12,356 nt of DNA from Candidatus Zixiibacteriota bacterium (GTDB lineage Bacteria; RBG-13-66-14; B26-G2; WVWN01), in contig JASFLY010000045.1 of the NCBI GenBank assembly GCA_050117845.1, forward strand, positions 1-12,356, given 5' to 3'. A program made the translations under genes and the position numbers. Positions 9,332-12,356 of this stretch are shown one piece after another. Within the stretch, counting starts at the first letter, position 1. The number at the start of each line of letters is the position of its first letter. The notes below the pieces were generated by a model. It did not search any database. It was not told where the DNA came from and saw nothing but the letters and a program-made list of their open reading frames with translations.

Positions 9332-10323
9332 TAGCCGCGCTCCTTGTCGACCTTCGTGTGGAGCTCCTCGCCGCCGACGAAGCGCTTGAAGTTCTCTGCG
9401 AACAACTTCGCCATCCGCTCCCAGTAGTAGGGCGTGACGCCGGCGACGTGGGGCGAGATTATCACGTTGTCAAGGTTGTAGAATGGATGCTCCGGCGGCA
9501 GCGGTTCCTTTTCGAATACGTCCAGGCCGGCGCCGGCAATCCAGCGCCGCCGCAATGCCTCGAGCAGGATGTCCTCCCGGACCAGCGGCCCCCGGGCCAC
9601 GTTAACCAGATACGCCGACTCCTTCATCAGCCGGATTTCGTCCACGCCGATCAAACCGCGGGTCTCGGCCGTGAGCGGCAGGCAGAGCACGAGGAAGTCC
9701 GCCCGGGACAGCACCTTGGCCAGGCCGTCGGGGCCGAAGACCTCGTCCACTCCTTCGGCCGCGGCGCCGTGGCGGCTGACGCCGACGACGTGCATGCCGA
9801 ACGCCCGGCCCATCTTCGCCACTTCCCGGCCTATGTGCCCCAGGCCCACGACGCCGAGCGTAAGGCCGCTGAGTTCCTGGACGCGTTGGACGACGCTGCG
9901 GCGGGACCAGCGGCGCTCGTGCTGGTTGGCCGCGGCGGTTACGAGGCCTCGGGCAAACGCCAGGATCATAGCGAAGGCGTGCTCGGCCACGGGGGCGGCG
10001 TGTATCCCCACCGACGAGGTTACGTGCACGGGGCTCTCGACCAGCGCCGGGTGGAGCGCGTCGTCCACGCCGGCCATGGCGAAGTGGACCCACTTGAGGC
10101 GCTTGGCTTTCCGGAGCCATTCCGGCGCGAAGTGCCAGACGATGGCCACGTCGACGTCGGCGAGCATGCCCTCGAGGTCCTTCTTGCCCTGCGACCGGAC
10201 GAGGTTGTACGTGTCCGGCGGAACGTCGGTCGCGGCCAGCGCGTCGCGCAGGGCGCTGTACGGATCGGCGTCGTGCGAGAGCGCCACGACGATGTTGAGC
10301 GTTTCGTCCTTGGTTTCGCCCAT
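9328..10323 (-). CDS. D-isomer-specific 2-hydroxyacid dehydrogenase, ~331 aa
   Basis: Rossmann GLGHIG; catalytic Arg/Glu/His in NVARG, DVFEKEP and SPHVAG; 'LPLTAETRGLI'; AAGGGAG RBS before ATG 10323. Confidence 0.93.
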   Translation of the reverse strand: MGETKDETLNIVVALSHDADPYSALRDALAATDVPPDTYNLVRSQGKKDLEGMLADVDVAIVWHFAPEWLRKAKRLKWVHFAMAGVDDALHPALVESPVHVTSSVGIHAAPVAEHAFAMILAFARGLVTAAANQHERRWSRRSVVQRVQELSGLTLGVVGLGHIGREVAKMGRAFGMHVVGVSRHGAAAEGVDEVFGPDGLAKVLSRADFLVLCLPLTAETRGLIGVDEIRLMKESAYLVNVARGPLVREDILLEALRRRWIAGAGLDVFEKEPLPPEHPFYNLDNVIISPHVAGVTPYYWERMAKLFAENFKRFVGGEELHTKVDKERGY

Positions 10324-10343
10324 AGCTTCTCCCTTGTGGGGGA

Positions 10344-10853
10344 CTACTTCGTTAGGTTCCAAACGAAGTCGAAAAACTCCAAATATTGCGCGGCCACTTC
10401 CTCGTCCCGGATGACGACGGCGTCCGTCATGGGGGAACTCGGCGCGTCCTCGATAAACGGGTACGAGCCGACGATGACGGTGTGGTCGTCGATAACGACG
10501 AACCGGTCGTAGAGGTTGGACTCGCTGCGGTCGTACTGGACCTCGACGCCGCCCCCGGCCAGGTGGTCGCCGAGCGCCTTCCCGACGAGTACGTTGCGCT
10601 TGTCGCCGTCCAGGATGACGCGGACCCGGCGGCCTCGCTTAGCCGCGTCGATGCAGGCGTCCGCCAGCGTGTAGTCGGTGAAGCGGTCCATCGCGACGGT
10701 TACGTCGTTCTCGGCGCTCCAAATGAGTTCGCGGTATTTGTCTCGCGTCGAGACGTCCTGGCCGAACCACACTTCGACCGCCGCGGCCTGCCCGGCCGCG
10801 AGGGCCGCGAGCGCGAGTAACCATATTATATACTTTTTATTAATCTTATTCAT
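10344..10853 (-). CDS. Secreted phospholipase D/Nuc-like single-domain protein with degenerate HKD motif, 169 aa
   Basis: AAGGAG RBS; signal peptide ending QAAA-VE; PLDc_2 scaffold 'LIWSAENDVTVAM..FT...LADACIDAAKRGRRVRVILD'; motif position reads YDRFVVIDDHTVIVGSYP. Confidence 0.85.
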   Translation of the reverse strand: MNKINKKYIIWLLALAALAAGQAAAVEVWFGQDVSTRDKYRELIWSAENDVTVAMDRFTDYTLADACIDAAKRGRRVRVILDGDKRNVLVGKALGDHLAGGGVEVQYDRSESNLYDRFVVIDDHTVIVGSYPFIEDAPSSPMTDAVVIRDEEVAAQYLEFFDFVWNLTK

Positions 10854-10872
10854 CCCGGCTCCTTCGTGGCCG

Positions 10873-10902
10873 AATATAGCATAATTCCGAGGAGAGCCGC
10901 AA
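10873..10902 (-). promoter_or_regulatory. Putative extended -10 sigma70 promoter for the PLD-dehydrogenase operon
   Basis: TTGCGG, 18 nt, TGc-TATATT, 19 nt before the ATG at 10853. Confidence 0.6.
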
Positions 10903-10911
10903 CGGCCATAT

Positions 10912-10935
10912 AAAAAAGCCGCCCGGCGAGGCGGC
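10912..10935 (-). terminator. Intrinsic terminator after the propeller lipoprotein gene (repeat copy 1)
   Basis: GCCGCC-TCGCCG-GGCGGC-TTTTTT on the minus strand, 21 nt after the TAA. Confidence 0.8.
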
Positions 10936-10956
10936 CTATTATTTTAACGAAAAGGT

Positions 10957-12006
10957 TTATTCGGGCGTCCCCGGGTCGTATTTATACATTGTGCCGTCGG
11001 CAGAGCCGATCCAGACCTCGTTGCCGCCCGCCGAGAATACGCAGGTAGCGGCGCAGTACCCCGGGGCTTGCGAGACCCATTTCCATCCGGTGCCGTCGTA
11101 ATGAAGGACGGTGCTTCCGACGGCCCATCCGTCGTCCGGAGCGGCGAAATGGACGCAGGTCAATTGTAAGTCGTCGTCCTTACCGGCAAATCCCCGGTAT
11201 GGTTCCCACGCCGCTGTTGCGTCGTTCCATCGGTAGATGGGGTACGAAGGTCGATACGAGGGGAGGGGCGTTTGCAGCGGCGCCATCGGCCGATCTTCGC
11301 CCACCGACCAGGCTTCCGTAGCCGATGGGCAATAAACGTCGTATACGGTGGCGCCTCCCTCGTCAGGGGTGTATTTTTCCCACGCGACGCCGTCCCAACG
11401 TAAATACGTACTCCACCGGCGAACGGCCCACCCGGCATCGGGGGACGTGAAGTCGAGGGCGATAATGTCGCCACCGTAAACGTCGTCCCGCGTCCAGTCC
11501 GCCCCGTCGTAGTGATATAACCCGCCGCTGCCCCCCGCCCAAACGTCGTCGGGGGCGAGGGCGAATATGCAGTACAGAGGCGGTATATCGGGAGGGGAGA
11601 CGTCTTCCCAGTAGTTGCCGTCGAAATGGTAGACGAGGCCTCCCGCCGAAGTCCCATCACCCGATTTGTAGTAATAGCCGGCCGCCCACCCGTCGTCCGG
11701 GGACGAGAAACTGAGGTCCAATAACTCACGATCCCGGCCTTTGGGCTCGCCATAGCTATGGACGTACCATAATAATCCGTCGAAGTGGAGAAACGCGGGT
11801 CCTCGGGCGATCGCCCACCCTTGTGTCGACGATAACATGTACACGGCGTCTATCGCGCGCGGGGCCGGGAGTCGTAAGACCTCGTACGCCTTCCACGGCC
11901 CCTTGTACGCCCCTTCGGTATCCGTCGGCGTATCCTCGCACGATAACGCCGCCCAGGCCGCGACGGCGGCGAGGACGGCTGATAAACGCAACATCCGTTT
12001 CCCCAT
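10957..12006 (-). CDS. Beta-propeller lipoprotein (WD40/YVTN/BNR-like repeats), ~349 aa
   Basis: GGAGG 8 nt before ATG 12006; lipobox ...AAWAALS-C; about 7 repeats of '(s/a)p.d.WavG.....hydG..W'. Confidence 0.85.
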   Translation of the reverse strand: MGKRMLRLSAVLAAVAAWAALSCEDTPTDTEGAYKGPWKAYEVLRLPAPRAIDAVYMLSSTQGWAIARGPAFLHFDGLLWYVHSYGEPKGRDRELLDLSFSSPDDGWAAGYYYKSGDGTSAGGLVYHFDGNYWEDVSPPDIPPLYCIFALAPDDVWAGGSGGLYHYDGADWTRDDVYGGDIIALDFTSPDAGWAVRRWSTYLRWDGVAWEKYTPDEGGATVYDVYCPSATEAWSVGEDRPMAPLQTPLPSYRPSYPIYRWNDATAAWEPYRGFAGKDDDLQLTCVHFAAPDDGWAVGSTVLHYDGTGWKWVSQAPGYCAATCVFSAGGNEVWIGSADGTMYKYDPGTPE

Positions 12007-12070
12007 TATTTTAACCTCCCGATATTCGGCAGCGTCGTTTTTGTAGGGGCTGCTTCCCCGTACGTACATA

Positions 12071-12099
12071 ATTGTAGCATCGTCGGCCTCGGGCGGCAA
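12071..12099 (-). promoter_or_regulatory. Putative extended -10 sigma70 promoter for the lipoprotein gene
   Basis: TTGCCG, 17 nt, TGc-TACAAT. Confidence 0.7.
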
Positions 12100-12107
12100 T
12101 GCGATAT

Positions 12108-12132
12108 AAAAAGCCGCCCGGCGGGGCGGCTT
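12108..12132 (-). terminator. Intrinsic terminator after the right-edge CDS (repeat copy 2)
   Basis: AAGCCGCC-CCGCCG-GGCGGCTT-TTT on the minus strand, about 20 nt after the TGA. Confidence 0.8.
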
Positions 12133-12152
12133 CCGACGTTGGGTAACGGGCC

Positions 12153-12356
12153 TCAGAAATCCGCGGCTTCGGGGCCAACGACGTAAATCGTCTCATTTAT
12201 CCCCGCGCCCTCGTACGAACCTACGGCTTTGCCGCGCCGTAACAACCTTTCTCCCAATCGGGATACTTCCTCCTTGCCGCTTCCCGCGAAAGCGTGGTCG
12301 CCCACGTAGACGGCCCGGCCGGCGTCAAGTTCCGACCGTATTTCTCCCTCCATCCG
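12153..12356 (-). CDS. 3' end of a hypothetical protein entering from the right edge
   Basis: Open frame from the window edge to TGA at 12153 (...ELDAGRAVYVGDH...INETIYVVGPEAADF), followed by a terminator. Product not identifiable. Confidence 0.6.
   Translation of the reverse strand, partial: RMEGEIRSELDAGRAVYVGDHAFAGSGKEEVSRLGERLLRRGKAVGSYEGAGINETIYVVGPEAADF

Noticed and set aside
12007..12070. Possible riboswitch in the lipoprotein leader (GCAGC/GCTGC versus GGGG/CCCC pairings)
   Set aside because: The stems are only 4-5 bp in GC-rich DNA and match no RNA family I recognise.

Overview
GC-rich (about 65-70% in the core genes) chromosomal window from a diderm bacterium, dominated by cell-envelope genes around alaS. 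Left to right: a partial GYF_2/DUF4339-type gene and an outer-membrane beta-barrel gene (both minus); a near-consensus sigma70 promoter driving tRNA-Leu(CAG), which abuts a ~794-aa secreted TPR protein (plus); then a convergent minus-strand run. That run holds two tandem paralogous small beta-barrel OMPs, a low-GC TolB-like PD40 propeller, alaS, an orphan low-GC DUF2283 gene, an exported TIMP/NTR-like hypothetical, a D-2-hydroxyacid dehydrogenase, a secreted PLD/Nuc-fold protein with a destroyed HKD motif, a beta-propeller lipoprotein and a partial CDS. No transposase, integrase, CRISPR or phage gene is visible. The most unusual signals: (1) the DUF2283 gene sits between the 3' end of the upstream gene and a decayed direct copy of that 3' end, which now carries a TATAAT box in front of alaS; (2) the propeller lipoprotein gene is bracketed by duplicated terminator-plus-promoter modules; (3) an apparent PLD pseudoenzyme; (4) a CCA-less tRNA ending 7 nt before a CDS start. 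All family calls are from motif recognition by eye, not database searches.
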